A stretch of 64,000 bases of DNA from an uncultured virus (IMG/VR IMGVR_UViG_3300034118_000426) (IMGVR_UViG_3300034118_000426); one strand, 5' to 3'; shown: positions 41,439-51,389, counted from the stretch's first letter. Notes: a model not told the origin generated them from the sequence alone. Numbers and translations: made by a program.

Positions 41439-44033
41439 TTATGCTATCCTCCTCATCTGAGTAGTTGACATGACAGAACTTGTTGGGATGTCAACAGACA
41501 CAAAAGCAACCTGTGATTTAGATGATTGTGGAATTATGGTTGGGGAAGATGTGGAAGGCACAGACATCGAAACAGTTTTTGGTTTTGGTTTATTTTTTAA
41601 GTTGCCATATATATCCATGTTTTGATCAGCGCCTTTCATTCCAGCGTCTCTCATCACATCTCTCAATTTATCATAGTATTGCTGTTGCTTTACAGCAGTT
41701 CTTGCGGCACTGTTAACTAAAGGTTTGTATGCTCCACCACCTGGCATGTTGGTTATATCTCTTGCGTTTTGTATAGCGTTTCTTAATTGTTGATTGTTGG
41801 TTGATGTTATAGCACCCTGAGGTTTAACTTGCCTCTGAGCGTTGGGTGGTGTATACAATCCATGAATGCCTGGTAAATATCCTGGACCAAAATCGGTAGG
41901 AATAAAATACTTACCAGTCTTTTCGTAGTATCTTCTATTTTCTTTTTGAGAATACTCACCCATATTTCCTTTAGGGAACGAAGGCTTGCCCAAAGGAATG
42001 CCAAGTAATTTATTTTGATACCCAGCAAGAGTTTGTCTGATGCCTTGTATATCTTTTGGTCCACTACTCTTTGGTGCCATTACGGTTCCAGTACCTGGAA
42101 GGACTCTACCTAGAGTATTTAAAAATCCACCCTCAGAAAAACTTGGTTTGTTCTGGTGAGTCCATTCTACTGGGTCTATTTGCCCACCGTATTTCTGTGT
42201 TCTTACTTCCCAATGTAGGTGAGGACCAGTAGACCTACCAGTATTTCCTAGTGTACCAATAACTTCACCCGCCTTAACTTTGGAACCTATTTGAAGACTA
42301 GCAGCTACGTCTTGTAAGTGTCCATAGTAAGTAAATATTTTTGGTTGATCGTGTTCGATGCCAATCAAATTTCCATATCCACCACCACCATCAATAGGAT
42401 AATTTCTATTAATATCATACACAGTACCCGCAAATGGGGTGATAATTTTTATACCTGGATCGCCATCTAAATCAATACCACTGTGTTGTCTACCCCAACG
42501 ATAACCAAATCCAGATACATAACCAATTTTTTTTGTATCTGCTTTAGAAAAAGGTATCCAAGCGGGAAGTTTTCCTACATTAGTTCCGCCAACAAATCTT
42601 AAATCTTTCTCAGAAGAAATTGTTCCAATGTCTTTTGCTATTTCTCCCGAAGGCAATCCTGGAGGTCCACCAAATACTCCACTCGCTCCAGGAAAAAATA
42701 GACGATTGTTATTCATATAAATCCGCCAGGATTTATAGAAACGATTTACATCAAATATATTTTCTTCTGTGCCAGCATACCCAGGACCACCAAACATTTC
42801 GATAACTTCACTGCGCGACAGACCAAGAATAGAAGAAATTAATTCTATATTTTTTGGAATGTTTACGTTAAAGTAACCAGCAAATGGTCCCAATGAACGA
42901 AGAACCGAACCAAATACTGATACCGCAGCACCAAGTAAAGCATTGATTGGTTTAGTTAATACGTCAGCCAGTGCTTGATTGTATTGTTGATTGTCATATT
43001 GATTGAGTATTTCCTTTCCATAATTTCTATTCAAAGGAATTACTGCTGTTCCTGGCGCCAATTTACCAACAGTTGGATTATCATATACCCCAGGTGGTAT
43101 AACTTTTCCTTGAGATGGAAGCGTTGATACCCCACCCTCTGCTAGTTTTGTAGTTGGTTGTGTGGATTGTTTCTTGCCAGTAAATGGAGATGTTAATTTC
43201 TGGAAGAATTGTTTTCTTGCTTCTCTTTTTCTTTCTTCAGTTTCAATATCATCAAGTGCTTCTTGATAGTTCTCACCCATCTGTTCGAGTAAGAACTTAA
43301 CATCATTTAAGTCTTCATCTATTCTTCTTAGGTAACCTAGACTTCTTTGTAGTCTAAAGTTTTGTCTTGATAATTCATTACCTATTTTATCCAACACCAT
43401 TCCATATTTTGTCATGGATCTCATGACATTAGATGGCATTTTATTGGGAGGAATGAGATCCTCATCTCTCAATGGAGTTGGTTTAGGTTTCTCTGGTTCT
43501 GGTTGAACAACTGGTACTGGTATTTCTGGTATTAATTCTACCTTTGGTTCTTCAGGAATTTCTGGTATGAGATCTGGCGCTGGTTGTGGTTCTGGCGCTG
43601 GTGGTTTCGTTGCTGGTATAAGAGGAGTTGCTGGCTTGATCTTAGTTTCTCTTCGCTGATTAACCAAACGATCTACTTCAGCTTCTTCTATCTTCGCATC
43701 TACTTTCTTGCGAAATGGTTTCTCAAGATACTCTTCAACTAACCACTCTTGATATTTCTGCTGCCTCTCCATCCACTGAACAGGAGTACCACTTTCTTGA
43801 TCCAAAGAAGGATACCCACGAGGATCCTTCTTTAAATTTTCAATCAGCTTATCGGCTTCTGCTTCTGTTATGTTTACATAGGAAGAATAATGTTCACCAT
43901 CTGTTGGTCTTCCAGTAAGACGAGCTTTTAAAGTTACCCACAAACGAGATTTTGGACTAACATAAGACCAGGGTATCTTGGGATCAAGTACCCCCTCAGG
44001 CGGCTGTGGTAAATCTAAGTCTTCGGGATTCAT
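41439..44033 (-). CDS. tape-measure-like virion protein with an M23 peptidase domain
   Basis: SGFGYRWGRQHSGID...YGN.....H......YGHL...GNTGRSTGPHLHWE (HxxxD and HxH Zn ligands). Confidence 0.85.
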   Translation of the reverse strand: MNPEDLDLPQPPEGVLDPKIPWSYVSPKSRLWVTLKARLTGRPTDGEHYSSYVNITEAEADKLIENLKKDPRGYPSLDQESGTPVQWMERQQKYQEWLVEEYLEKPFRKKVDAKIEEAEVDRLVNQRRETKIKPATPLIPATKPPAPEPQPAPDLIPEIPEEPKVELIPEIPVPVVQPEPEKPKPTPLRDEDLIPPNKMPSNVMRSMTKYGMVLDKIGNELSRQNFRLQRSLGYLRRIDEDLNDVKFLLEQMGENYQEALDDIETEERKREARKQFFQKLTSPFTGKKQSTQPTTKLAEGGVSTLPSQGKVIPPGVYDNPTVGKLAPGTAVIPLNRNYGKEILNQYDNQQYNQALADVLTKPINALLGAAVSVFGSVLRSLGPFAGYFNVNIPKNIELISSILGLSRSEVIEMFGGPGYAGTEENIFDVNRFYKSWRIYMNNNRLFFPGASGVFGGPPGLPSGEIAKDIGTISSEKDLRFVGGTNVGKLPAWIPFSKADTKKIGYVSGFGYRWGRQHSGIDLDGDPGIKIITPFAGTVYDINRNYPIDGGGGYGNLIGIEHDQPKIFTYYGHLQDVAASLQIGSKVKAGEVIGTLGNTGRSTGPHLHWEVRTQKYGGQIDPVEWTHQNKPSFSEGGFLNTLGRVLPGTGTVMAPKSSGPKDIQGIRQTLAGYQNKLLGIPLGKPSFPKGNMGEYSQKENRRYYEKTGKYFIPTDFGPGYLPGIHGLYTPPNAQRQVKPQGAITSTNNQQLRNAIQNARDITNMPGGGAYKPLVNSAARTAVKQQQYYDKLRDVMRDAGMKGADQNMDIYGNLKNKPKPKTVSMSVPSTSSPTIIPQSSKSQVAFVSVDIPTSSVMSTTQMRRIA

Positions 44034-44197
44034 TGCTTGTTCTTACGGTTTTGTTCTTCTATGTACTGATTCAACATAGTAACATAAACAATTCTTTCCC
44101 AAGGTAGCATGTTATCCAATTCACTCAAAGAAAATTTATGAATGTACATCAGATTAAAATTTGACTGATAATGATTAGCCAAATTATCATGGAACAT
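44030..44197 (-). CDS. gp51: baseplate hub assembly catalyst, gp51-like, 55 aa
   Basis: Hand-translated MFHDNLANHYQSNFNLMYIHKFSLSELDNMLPWERIVYV. It follows gp26. Missed by the ORF track. Confidence 0.85.
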   Translation of the reverse strand: MFHDNLANHYQSNFNLMYIHKFSLSELDNMLPWERIVYVTMLNQYIEEQNRKNKQ

Positions 44198-44199
44198 GC

Positions 44200-44916
44200 T
44201 CACCCGAAAAAATTTACAAGACCCTCAATGGTGTACTCAGATTCAACTTCTGTCTTTGGATTCTTAACAGTAAAAGTATGAGATAGTTTTGGCATCGTAG
44301 CAAAGAAGTCTTTGACTTTTTCAAACTGCTTTGATGTAAGACCACCAATCCATTCTTCTATTTCTTTCTTGGAAGTATTTTTTGCTTCGTAAACATCTTC
44401 ACCAACAAAAATTTGATCTACAGAATCAACAATGATATCAAAAACTTCTTCGGCGTTCAAACTCTTCATCATGATTTGTGTCTTGATGAACTGATCCATT
44501 CCAGGATACTTCATTATTAATCCAGTAGTATCATCGAGTAGGATTGTGTTTGTATGTTCTGGTGTTTTTTGTACTTTAACTTCGTTTAGATCTAAAGTAT
44601 AATTTACTTGAGTTTCATTATCATCACTACAAGTAATCTTCATCTGAACTTCTTCACCAACAGACTTAGCACGAATGTTGAGAAACAAATATTCAATATC
44701 AAACGATGCCAAATCTGATACTTTAATGCCTCTAGTAAGTACACAAGACTTCACGATGTTAACTACAGCATCTTGAATTTGTTTCTCATCCTCAGACTCC
44801 ATTGCCATCAGTAAAACTTTTTCTTCACTGACTAAGAATGGTCTGAACTTAACTGGTTTTTCCGTTGATGGTAGTTCCAATTCATATGTTGGGACTGGTG
44901 GTTTTGGTAAAGCCAT
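44200..44916 (-). CDS. gp26: baseplate hub subunit gp26
   Basis: MALPK..VPTYELELPS....FRPFLVSEEK...FDIEYLFLNIRAKSVGE. Confidence 0.92.
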   Translation of the reverse strand: MALPKPPVPTYELELPSTEKPVKFRPFLVSEEKVLLMAMESEDEKQIQDAVVNIVKSCVLTRGIKVSDLASFDIEYLFLNIRAKSVGEEVQMKITCSDDNETQVNYTLDLNEVKVQKTPEHTNTILLDDTTGLIMKYPGMDQFIKTQIMMKSLNAEEVFDIIVDSVDQIFVGEDVYEAKNTSKKEIEEWIGGLTSKQFEKVKDFFATMPKLSHTFTVKNPKTEVESEYTIEGLVNFFG

Positions 44917-44949
44917 GATTACTCCAAAAGAAATAATATTATTACAATT

Positions 44950-44956
44950 TATTTAT
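44950..44956 (-). promoter_or_regulatory. late promoter ATAAATA for gp26
   Basis: tatttat overlapping the stop of the upstream gene. Confidence 0.65.
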
Positions 44957-45606
44957 CGGTTAGGCCAACGTAATCCATTTTCAGATTTATCCCAAGAACT
45001 ATAATAAAAATTAGCAGTACACTTTACTAATTGTGAAGAACCATATGATAATGGGATAGCATCTACTGAATAAGGCCAAGCATTATTTAAAACATAACCA
45101 AGTGTAGCTACACCAATCTCATCATCTTTGTTTCTTTCTCTTTTTTCTATATTAATTTGACACTGGTAATCTTTAGGATACTTCAATCTTCTAACTTTTT
45201 CTCCAGATCTTGATGCCGATGTAGTATTATAAATTGCTCCATGCCAATCCAACAAAAATTTAAATGCCTGCATTTCGGCATCACACATAAATGATAATTG
45301 TATGTCACTATAAATTGGTGAAGTTGGATAGTAAATTGGACCCTGCCCCTGATATCTTCCAGCAATTGATCCAGTATTTGATTGAATACCAGGGAGAGAA
45401 ACTTCATCACACATTAATAATATTCTTTCACCAACTTTAGATACTCCCTTACTTCCAAATACAGGTGCTTCTAGTCCACCAGAACGACCAGTTCCAGTCA
45501 ACAAACCTCTAAGTGAATCAGTGAGAGTAAAGTATACGGAATAGGTATTACTCCTTGCCATTCCCCTACCATTAACAATAGCGGTAAGGTAATTCTTAAC
45601 ACCCAT
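44953..45606 (-). CDS. gp54: baseplate-tail tube initiator, gp54-like (tail tube fold)
   Basis: G.ARSN.Y, MCDEVSLPG, YPKDY, L.NAWPYSV..IPLSYG. Confidence 0.75.
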   Translation of the reverse strand: MGVKNYLTAIVNGRGMARSNTYSVYFTLTDSLRGLLTGTGRSGGLEAPVFGSKGVSKVGERILLMCDEVSLPGIQSNTGSIAGRYQGQGPIYYPTSPIYSDIQLSFMCDAEMQAFKFLLDWHGAIYNTTSASRSGEKVRRLKYPKDYQCQINIEKRERNKDDEIGVATLGYVLNNAWPYSVDAIPLSYGSSQLVKCTANFYYSSWDKSENGLRWPNR

Positions 45607-45607
45607 C

Positions 45608-45644
45608 TATAAATACCTTTGAGTAGTTTTATATTTATATTTAT
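45608..45644. promoter_or_regulatory. pair of oppositely oriented T4 late promoters at the strand switch
   Basis: TATAAATA on plus at 45608-45615 and TATAAATA on minus at 45632-45639. Confidence 0.85.
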
Positions 45645-46077
45645 GGCGTACTCGGGATTTTATCGCCCAATAAATCCCACGAAGTATAGGGGCAACCCTA
45701 TGAATATAATCTATCGCTCGTTATGGGAAAGGAAATTTATGATTTTCTGTGATAGAAATAATAGTGTGATTGAATGGGGCAGTGAGGAAGTTGTGATACC
45801 TTATCGTTCCCCAGTGGATGGTAGAGTACACAGATACTATGTGGACTTCTATATTAAAGTTCGTACCAAAACAAATGAAATTAAAAAATATCTTGTTGAA
45901 ATCAAACCAAAGAATCAAACATCTCCTCCACCCCCAGCAAAGAAACAAACTAAATTATACAAAGATAAAGTCCTGACGTTTCTAAAGAACCAAGCGAAAT
46001 GGGAAGCCGCAAGTGACTGGTGTGAGGATAGACAGATGCAGTTCCTTATTCTCACCGAAGATCACTTGGGGGTATGA
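45643..46077 (+). CDS. gp4: head completion protein gp4 (TnsA-like endonuclease fold)
   Basis: P.NP.KYRGNP.NI.YRSLWE...WGSEE..IPY.SP.DG..HRYYVDF...EIKP...NQAKW. Start at ATG 45643. Confidence 0.93.
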   Translation: MAYSGFYRPINPTKYRGNPMNIIYRSLWERKFMIFCDRNNSVIEWGSEEVVIPYRSPVDGRVHRYYVDFYIKVRTKTNEIKKYLVEIKPKNQTSPPPPAKKQTKLYKDKVLTFLKNQAKWEAASDWCEDRQMQFLILTEDHLGV

Positions 46078-46080
46078 CGT

Positions 46081-46758
46081 ATGGCAAAAGGATTCAAAAA
46101 AGAATCAAGAGGAAAATCAAAAGGATACCAAACACTCTTTGAAAGAGTAAAAGAAAAAACTGATGGAGAAGAACAGACTTGGCAGTGGTATAGAAAGACT
46201 GTTCGTTCGATGGCACTTGAATACAAACAGAATCCAGACAAAACAATAAGAGATGAACGCAGAGATAGAAATGATGATAGTGATGCTCAAGATCAAAATA
46301 GATTAAGAAGATATGCGAGACAGGGTAGACTGTTTCTTTTTGAATACAAAGCAAAGATGAAGTATCTACCATACTACGATACTTTTCCTCTAGTCTACGT
46401 CATCAAAGCCAACACAGATCATTTCTTTGGTTTCAATCTTCATTATCTAGAACCAAGAAAAAGAGTAATAGCAATACAAAAACTAAAAGATGATAGAATA
46501 GACTTGCCTCGATCATGTCTTCATAAATATATTTTAGACCATGTAGATGGATTCCTTTTAGATCTTTCTATCAATGAATGGGATACTGCTATTACACTAC
46601 CAGTAGAACACTTTGTTAGAGAAAGAAGTGGGGTACTAATTCCATATAAATCATCTGATGTGTGGAAAGAAACCAACGAAAAATATAATGATCGCATCAA
46701 AGCCAAGCGTATCATAAAAGGATACGGAAGCCCAGAAGATATCACAGACGTAACGTAA
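46081..46758 (+). CDS. gp2: DNA end protector protein gp2
   Basis: LFLFEY.AK...LPYYDTFPLV......F.G.NLHYL...HKY. Confidence 0.85.
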   Translation: MAKGFKKESRGKSKGYQTLFERVKEKTDGEEQTWQWYRKTVRSMALEYKQNPDKTIRDERRDRNDDSDAQDQNRLRRYARQGRLFLFEYKAKMKYLPYYDTFPLVYVIKANTDHFFGFNLHYLEPRKRVIAIQKLKDDRIDLPRSCLHKYILDHVDGFLLDLSINEWDTAITLPVEHFVRERSGVLIPYKSSDVWKETNEKYNDRIKAKRIIKGYGSPEDITDVT

Positions 46759-47646
46759 ATGGCAACTTTAAAGTATCCAGAAAATATTAATGGTAGTTCC
46801 GACTATATAAAATTTAAATTTTTTGAATACAAGGCACCGTATAGTGATGGAGCGATTACTGGTGCTGCTTCTGGTGTATTATACAACAAAAGTGCGATAG
46901 CACTAACACCAGCTAAACTTGATGAAATAATAATAACTATGCCAAATGATATTGGCAGTTCTATCGTTGGAACCTGGGGCGATAGATCTTTTTCTGGATT
47001 GGCAGCTGCTGCTATTGGTGCGGTTGGTGGCATTACCAATTTAGACAAAGTAGGAAACAACATTGGAGAGTTTGTAAGTAAAATGACAGCAGGTGCTGCT
47101 ACGGGCGTGCTGGAAGATGCATTAAAACTAGCAGCAGAAAAATTATCAACTGCTCCAGGAGTTGGTTCAAATCTACAACTCAACGATTATCTAGGACTTG
47201 TTAGTGGATACATTACAAATCCAAATACAGAATTGTTATATCAAGGTACTCAACTAAGAAATCATGGTTACACATTTAAGATGATTGCTCAAACTGAAAC
47301 AGAAGCAAAAGCGATAGATAAAATTGCTACAGTATTCAAACAAGCAGCAGCACCAAAAGGGAATACTGCTAAAATTTTAAATGCCAATGTAAGAAACTTT
47401 ATTGGCATTCCTAATGTATGTAGAGTTTCTTTTCACCAAGGAGGAGAGACATCAGAAGAACATTTATATCTTCCAAGATTTAAAACATCTGCCATAACAA
47501 GTGTAAGTGTTGATTATATTACCGAGGGACAATACATGACATTTGAAGATGGAAGACCAATAGGACTAGGACTACAAGTTAATTTCAGAGAACTCAAACT
47601 ACTCTTTGCTGATGAAATTGGTGAAGGTAACACTAAGTTTAGATAA
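46759..47646 (+). CDS. gp48: baseplate tail tube cap gp48
   Basis: LKYP, MP..I, NPNTELLYQG.QLR...YTFKM......EA..I, V.VDY, L...F.ELK. Confidence 0.85.
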   Translation: MATLKYPENINGSSDYIKFKFFEYKAPYSDGAITGAASGVLYNKSAIALTPAKLDEIIITMPNDIGSSIVGTWGDRSFSGLAAAAIGAVGGITNLDKVGNNIGEFVSKMTAGAATGVLEDALKLAAEKLSTAPGVGSNLQLNDYLGLVSGYITNPNTELLYQGTQLRNHGYTFKMIAQTETEAKAIDKIATVFKQAAAPKGNTAKILNANVRNFIGIPNVCRVSFHQGGETSEEHLYLPRFKTSAITSVSVDYITEGQYMTFEDGRPIGLGLQVNFRELKLLFADEIGEGNTKFR

Positions 47647-47648
47647 TC

Positions 47649-48353
47649 ATGGCATACTTCAACAGACTACCTAACGTAGAGTACGATAAAAAACCTTTGA
47701 CGTTTCCATATTCGGAAACAGAATATGTTCTTGTCAAAAATTTCTTTCGTCGTTACAAGTTATCCGAATCATCTTTCAACTACAATACTTTGTTTGATAA
47801 GTATGCCATGATTGATACTGATAGGTTGGATGTTTTAGCAGATAAATTTTATGAGAATCCAGAGTATGATTGGATTATCGCCATCACCAACAACATCTTA
47901 AATACTTATTCTGATTTACCAAAACCAGAGACAAGACTATACGATATGGTAAACGAAGCATACAAAGATGCTCCTGGTAATCAGTCTGTACTTCCTGCTG
48001 ATAGAATTCATCACTACGAAACCAGAGAAGTGAAAGATAGTGCTGGTAGAGTTGTGCTACAATCTGGATTAAAAGTTGAATCTACTTTCTCTAACAGTCC
48101 ACTTAAACCTAGCGATGGAAAATTCTATTATTATGATAGCGGATCAGGTGCTACTATGAAAGTAAATGGCAGTAGTGTCATCACGGCAATCACGAACTAT
48201 GAATATGAGTTGAAATTAAACGATGTGAAGAGAGAAATTTATATTTTAAAACCTCAATTCGTTCAAGAATTTATTTCGCAATTTGAAGCTGGCATGGAAT
48301 ACTCTAGATCATCAGCTTACGTTGACAAAACGACAAAACTTTCGGGTAAATAA
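47649..48353 (+). CDS. gp53: baseplate wedge subunit gp53
   Basis: MAYF..LPN, KNFFRR, DRLD.LA..FY....YDWII, IHHYET, TNYEYE...ND.KREI.ILKP. Confidence 0.92.
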   Translation: MAYFNRLPNVEYDKKPLTFPYSETEYVLVKNFFRRYKLSESSFNYNTLFDKYAMIDTDRLDVLADKFYENPEYDWIIAITNNILNTYSDLPKPETRLYDMVNEAYKDAPGNQSVLPADRIHHYETREVKDSAGRVVLQSGLKVESTFSNSPLKPSDGKFYYYDSGSGATMKVNGSSVITAITNYEYELKLNDVKREIYILKPQFVQEFISQFEAGMEYSRSSAYVDKTTKLSGK

Positions 48354-48371
48354 AAGGGGGCAGATGCCCCC
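48352..48371 (-). terminator. hairpin terminator between the convergent gp53 and gp32 genes
   Basis: GGGGGC-ATCT-GCCCCC followed by TTTT on the minus strand. Confidence 0.75.
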
Positions 48372-48377
48372 AACTTA

Positions 48378-49295
48378 TCAGTCTTCTTCAGCGAGACGAG
48401 CAAAGTAACTTAGAGCATCGTCATCATCGTCAGTTCCAGCAGCAACTGCTACCTTAGGTAGGGCAGGTTCACGGCGAGCAACGGGAGCGGGAGCAGAGAA
48501 CTCTTCATCCTCTTCCTCATCCATCACGCGAGTCACCTGAGCGGCGCGGGCAGCAGCAGGAGTCTGGGTGATACCCAGCACCAGATTCAAACGCTCCTCC
48601 AGTTCTTCATAGCTCTTGAAGTTATCAGGAGATACGAATGCTTGGAGGGAGTGTGCCTGACGCCAAATGTTTTCCAGTTTGGAATCATCAGCGGCGAGAG
48701 CAGAAGGAGCAGCGAACTCAGACTTGTCGTAGTTCCAGTAACCAGCAACGTTGGTGATCTTCAGTTTGAAGTTAGCACCTTCCCACAGATCGAAAGGATT
48801 CACGGGAGTCTCATCTTCAAACTCAGGTTGCATAGCAGCGGTAATCTTATCAAAGATTTTCTTACCGAACTTATACAGGAACACTTTGCCTTCATTATCG
48901 GGGTTTGCTTTATCGCTCACCACATAGATGTTAGCGTAGTAAGTCAGTTTACGCTTCTGCTTACGGGCAGTTTCTTTATCAGCATCACGACCACTATTCC
49001 ACAGGCGACGATTCACCTCACCCACAGGATCTTTCTGACCCAGAGTGGTGAGAGAGTTCTCGATATACCAACCACCATCACCTTGAAAGGCGTGGGAATA
49101 GAGTTTCACGAACGGGATTTCCTCACCATCAGGAGCAGGAAGGAAACGAATAACAGCAAAACCATTGCCAGCGGCGTCAACGCTAGGTTTCCAGAAACGG
49201 TCATCGGAACTGGAAGTGGAGTTTGCTTTCTCAAGTTCCTTAGTCAGAGAAGCAAAGGAGTTTTGAGATTTGCGCTTGAGATCAGCGAAAGACAT
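48378..49295 (-). CDS. gp32: single-stranded DNA-binding protein gp32
   Basis: DDRFWKP..D.AGNG.AVIRFLP, WYIEN, KFGKKIFDKI, NYDKSEF, and an acidic tail. Confidence 0.97.
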   Translation of the reverse strand: MSFADLKRKSQNSFASLTKELEKANSTSSSDDRFWKPSVDAAGNGFAVIRFLPAPDGEEIPFVKLYSHAFQGDGGWYIENSLTTLGQKDPVGEVNRRLWNSGRDADKETARKQKRKLTYYANIYVVSDKANPDNEGKVFLYKFGKKIFDKITAAMQPEFEDETPVNPFDLWEGANFKLKITNVAGYWNYDKSEFAAPSALAADDSKLENIWRQAHSLQAFVSPDNFKSYEELEERLNLVLGITQTPAAARAAQVTRVMDEEEDEEFSAPAPVARREPALPKVAVAAGTDDDDDALSYFARLAEED

Positions 49296-49350
49296 AGGAT
49301 TACCTCGGATTGTTTTGGATTTGGTCTGTGTGACACCTCATCACTTAGTC

Positions 49351-49379
49351 ATCATACCACGGGCAGAGGTCGGTGTCAA
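49351..49379 (-). promoter_or_regulatory. sigma70-type promoter of gp32
   Basis: TTGACA-17 nt-TATGAT, with an extended TG. Confidence 0.85.
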
Positions 49380-49720
49380 CCCTCTGCCTCGATCTCTTTT
49401 TCAAACTCGTCGAGCTTGTCAAGCATGTTACGCATCAAGGAGAGAACATCTTGCGTTTCCCACCATCCATAAAGCATCTTGGCACCTTGTTCAATCTGCT
49501 CACACATTTCTACTGCGCGAGGATCATCAGAAAGTTTGAGACGAGTGTAAAAGATTTGTTGTTTTTCAACTAGAGAACGAACAACATTAATATATTCAAG
49601 TTGATCTTCCTTGCTTCCTTTCATGGGAGAAGCAAGTGTGAGTTCCATTGCTTTCATTTGTAGGAACTCCATTTCTTTCGCCTCGTTACGGACGATATCT
49701 GAATCAAAGAAGTCGCTCAT
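49376..49720 (-). CDS. DUF1825-family protein
   Basis: FFDSDIVR.E...L.EKQ..FY.RL.LSDDP.A. Confidence 0.8.
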   Translation of the reverse strand: MSDFFDSDIVRNEAKEMEFLQMKAMELTLASPMKGSKEDQLEYINVVRSLVEKQQIFYTRLKLSDDPRAVEMCEQIEQGAKMLYGWWETQDVLSLMRNMLDKLDEFEKEIEAEG

Positions 49721-49965
49721 ACTAACATTAATTTTGCTCTAGATGTTTTTTTGATGAAGTTCAATTGTTGAGCTTCATGTTTTAGTTTTTCTTTTAGTGG
49801 TTTTGAAATCAACTTGGGCACAGTCTCCAACTCAATATCGTTGATATCACAATAATGAATGATAGCATCAATATAGCTCATTGAATCACTGTTCACAAGC
49901 GTCTCCACTTCTGAAGAGAATCTTGCAACTGTCATAAATTTTTCCTGTAGTATATTATCCTCCAT
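49717..49965 (-). CDS. gp33: late promoter transcription accessory protein gp33
   Basis: FS.EVE.LV.....SYIDAI..YC....IE.E.V.KLISKPLKEKL..EA..LN. Confidence 0.92.
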   Translation of the reverse strand: MEDNILQEKFMTVARFSSEVETLVNSDSMSYIDAIIHYCDINDIELETVPKLISKPLKEKLKHEAQQLNFIKKTSRAKLMLV

Positions 49966-50629
49966 AGATTTCCTGGTAGAGTGCGCGTAGTTCGATTAGT
50001 CTATCGAGATATTCTTTTTTTGGTTGCTTGATAACAACTTGCGTATTGCCATCTTCGCAAGCAACGATAGTTACAAGTTGTTTGATGCGTGTATTATATA
50101 GTTCGTAAAACATACAACCATATGCTGTTTCTTGAATATAATAATCTTCCATCCATTCTTCACGCTTCTCTTCCTTTGAGGTTTTGAAGTCAATGATGGA
50201 TGGAATACCATCAAACTCACCAATACAATCAACTCGCCCAGCTACTTCTAGGTGATCTGAGTATAATGCTGCTTCTTGTAAATAGACCTTAGTGATTCTA
50301 TTGAGTGTTGGCACAGCATTTTTGAACATCAAAAGGGGGAGGGGATTCCCTTTGAAGTTGCTTTCATTATAGCAGTTATTCAGAAAATCTTCAACTATTT
50401 TGTGGAAGTGAGTACCACGAGTAGCAGAGCGATTAGAAATTGCCTGTGCTTTATCAGCACCCACACGCTGTCTCCACTCATTGAGTTTCTTTTTCTTCTT
50501 CGGGCACACCCCAAGAACTGTAGTAATAGATGGATACTTACCACCAGAAGGAACAGGGTAAACCCTGCGACCATCTACCATAATAGGTTCCAATTCAATG
50601 GGGGCGAATGACGAAGAATGAATAAACAT
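49955..50629 (-). CDS. PD-(D/E)xK exonuclease
   Basis: YPSITTVL, RGT.FH, AGRVDCI......IIDFKTS, Q..AY. Confidence 0.88.
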   Translation of the reverse strand: MFIHSSSFAPIELEPIMVDGRRVYPVPSGGKYPSITTVLGVCPKKKKKLNEWRQRVGADKAQAISNRSATRGTHFHKIVEDFLNNCYNESNFKGNPLPLLMFKNAVPTLNRITKVYLQEAALYSDHLEVAGRVDCIGEFDGIPSIIDFKTSKEEKREEWMEDYYIQETAYGCMFYELYNTRIKQLVTIVACEDGNTQVVIKQPKKEYLDRLIELRALYQEIYGG

Positions 50630-51388
50630 TTAGAATCCCAAATTAATTTTACTAATCAGATAAGAACGAACAAGTCCAGAACGAACAATGTCTTGAACAC
50701 CAAACTCAACAGAAGCAAACTCTTCCATTGTACCAATGATACGCTGGAAGTCAAGGATACCGTTGCGTTCATTAGTGCGAACTAAGTCAGTCTGTTGAAC
50801 GTCACCAGAGAAGATGATCTTACAATCCTGACCAACACGGGTAATGATAGAGTCGAGTTCATGGAAGTTTAGATTTTGCATTTCGTCAACAAGGATAATA
50901 CAATTATCCATTGTGGTTCCGCGAAGGAATGATGTAGACCAGAAGCTAATAGTTCCCTGAGTTTTTAGATTACCATACAGTAGTTCAAACTCCTCATCAG
51001 TGGGAAGTTCAAACATATACTTCACCATATTCTTATAAGGAATTTGGTAAAGCGATGACTTATCTTCATGGTCTCCAGGTAGGAAACCAATCTCACGGGT
51101 TGCTACAAGAGAGCGAACAATGTATACCTTTTCGTATGGAGTATTCTCATTAAGAACATCCTTGAGTGCTAGGTAAAGTGCCACGAATGTTTTACCAGTT
51201 CCAGCAGCACCATAAGCAAATAGATGCTTATCATTTTCCCACTCTTCAAACATCTTGCGTTGTGCTTCAGTAAGTGGTTCAATATCCTTAGCGAAATAAT
51301 CCATGTTTAATGGTTTCTTGCGCTTCATTTGTTTGACGCTCATTCCCGATGGAACAGCTTGCTTTGTTTTACGAGTTCTTACAGGCAT
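50630..51388 (-). CDS. phoH: PhoH-family ATPase
   Basis: GAAGTGKT, IGFLPG, FLRG, VDEMQN, TRVG, GDVQQTD, DIVRSG. Start at 51388. Confidence 0.95.
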   Translation of the reverse strand: MPVRTRKTKQAVPSGMSVKQMKRKKPLNMDYFAKDIEPLTEAQRKMFEEWENDKHLFAYGAAGTGKTFVALYLALKDVLNENTPYEKVYIVRSLVATREIGFLPGDHEDKSSLYQIPYKNMVKYMFELPTDEEFELLYGNLKTQGTISFWSTSFLRGTTMDNCIILVDEMQNLNFHELDSIITRVGQDCKIIFSGDVQQTDLVRTNERNGILDFQRIIGTMEEFASVEFGVQDIVRSGLVRSYLISKINLGF

Positions 51389-51389
51389 A

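Noticed and set aside
45643..46077. TnsA-like transposase or mobile element
   Set aside because: Sequence and synteny fit the T4 head completion protein gp4. No inverted repeats or other transposon genes are present.
48642..49472. 276-aa plus-strand ORF
   Set aside because: Antisense shadow of the codon-biased gp32 gene, with no recognisable motif.
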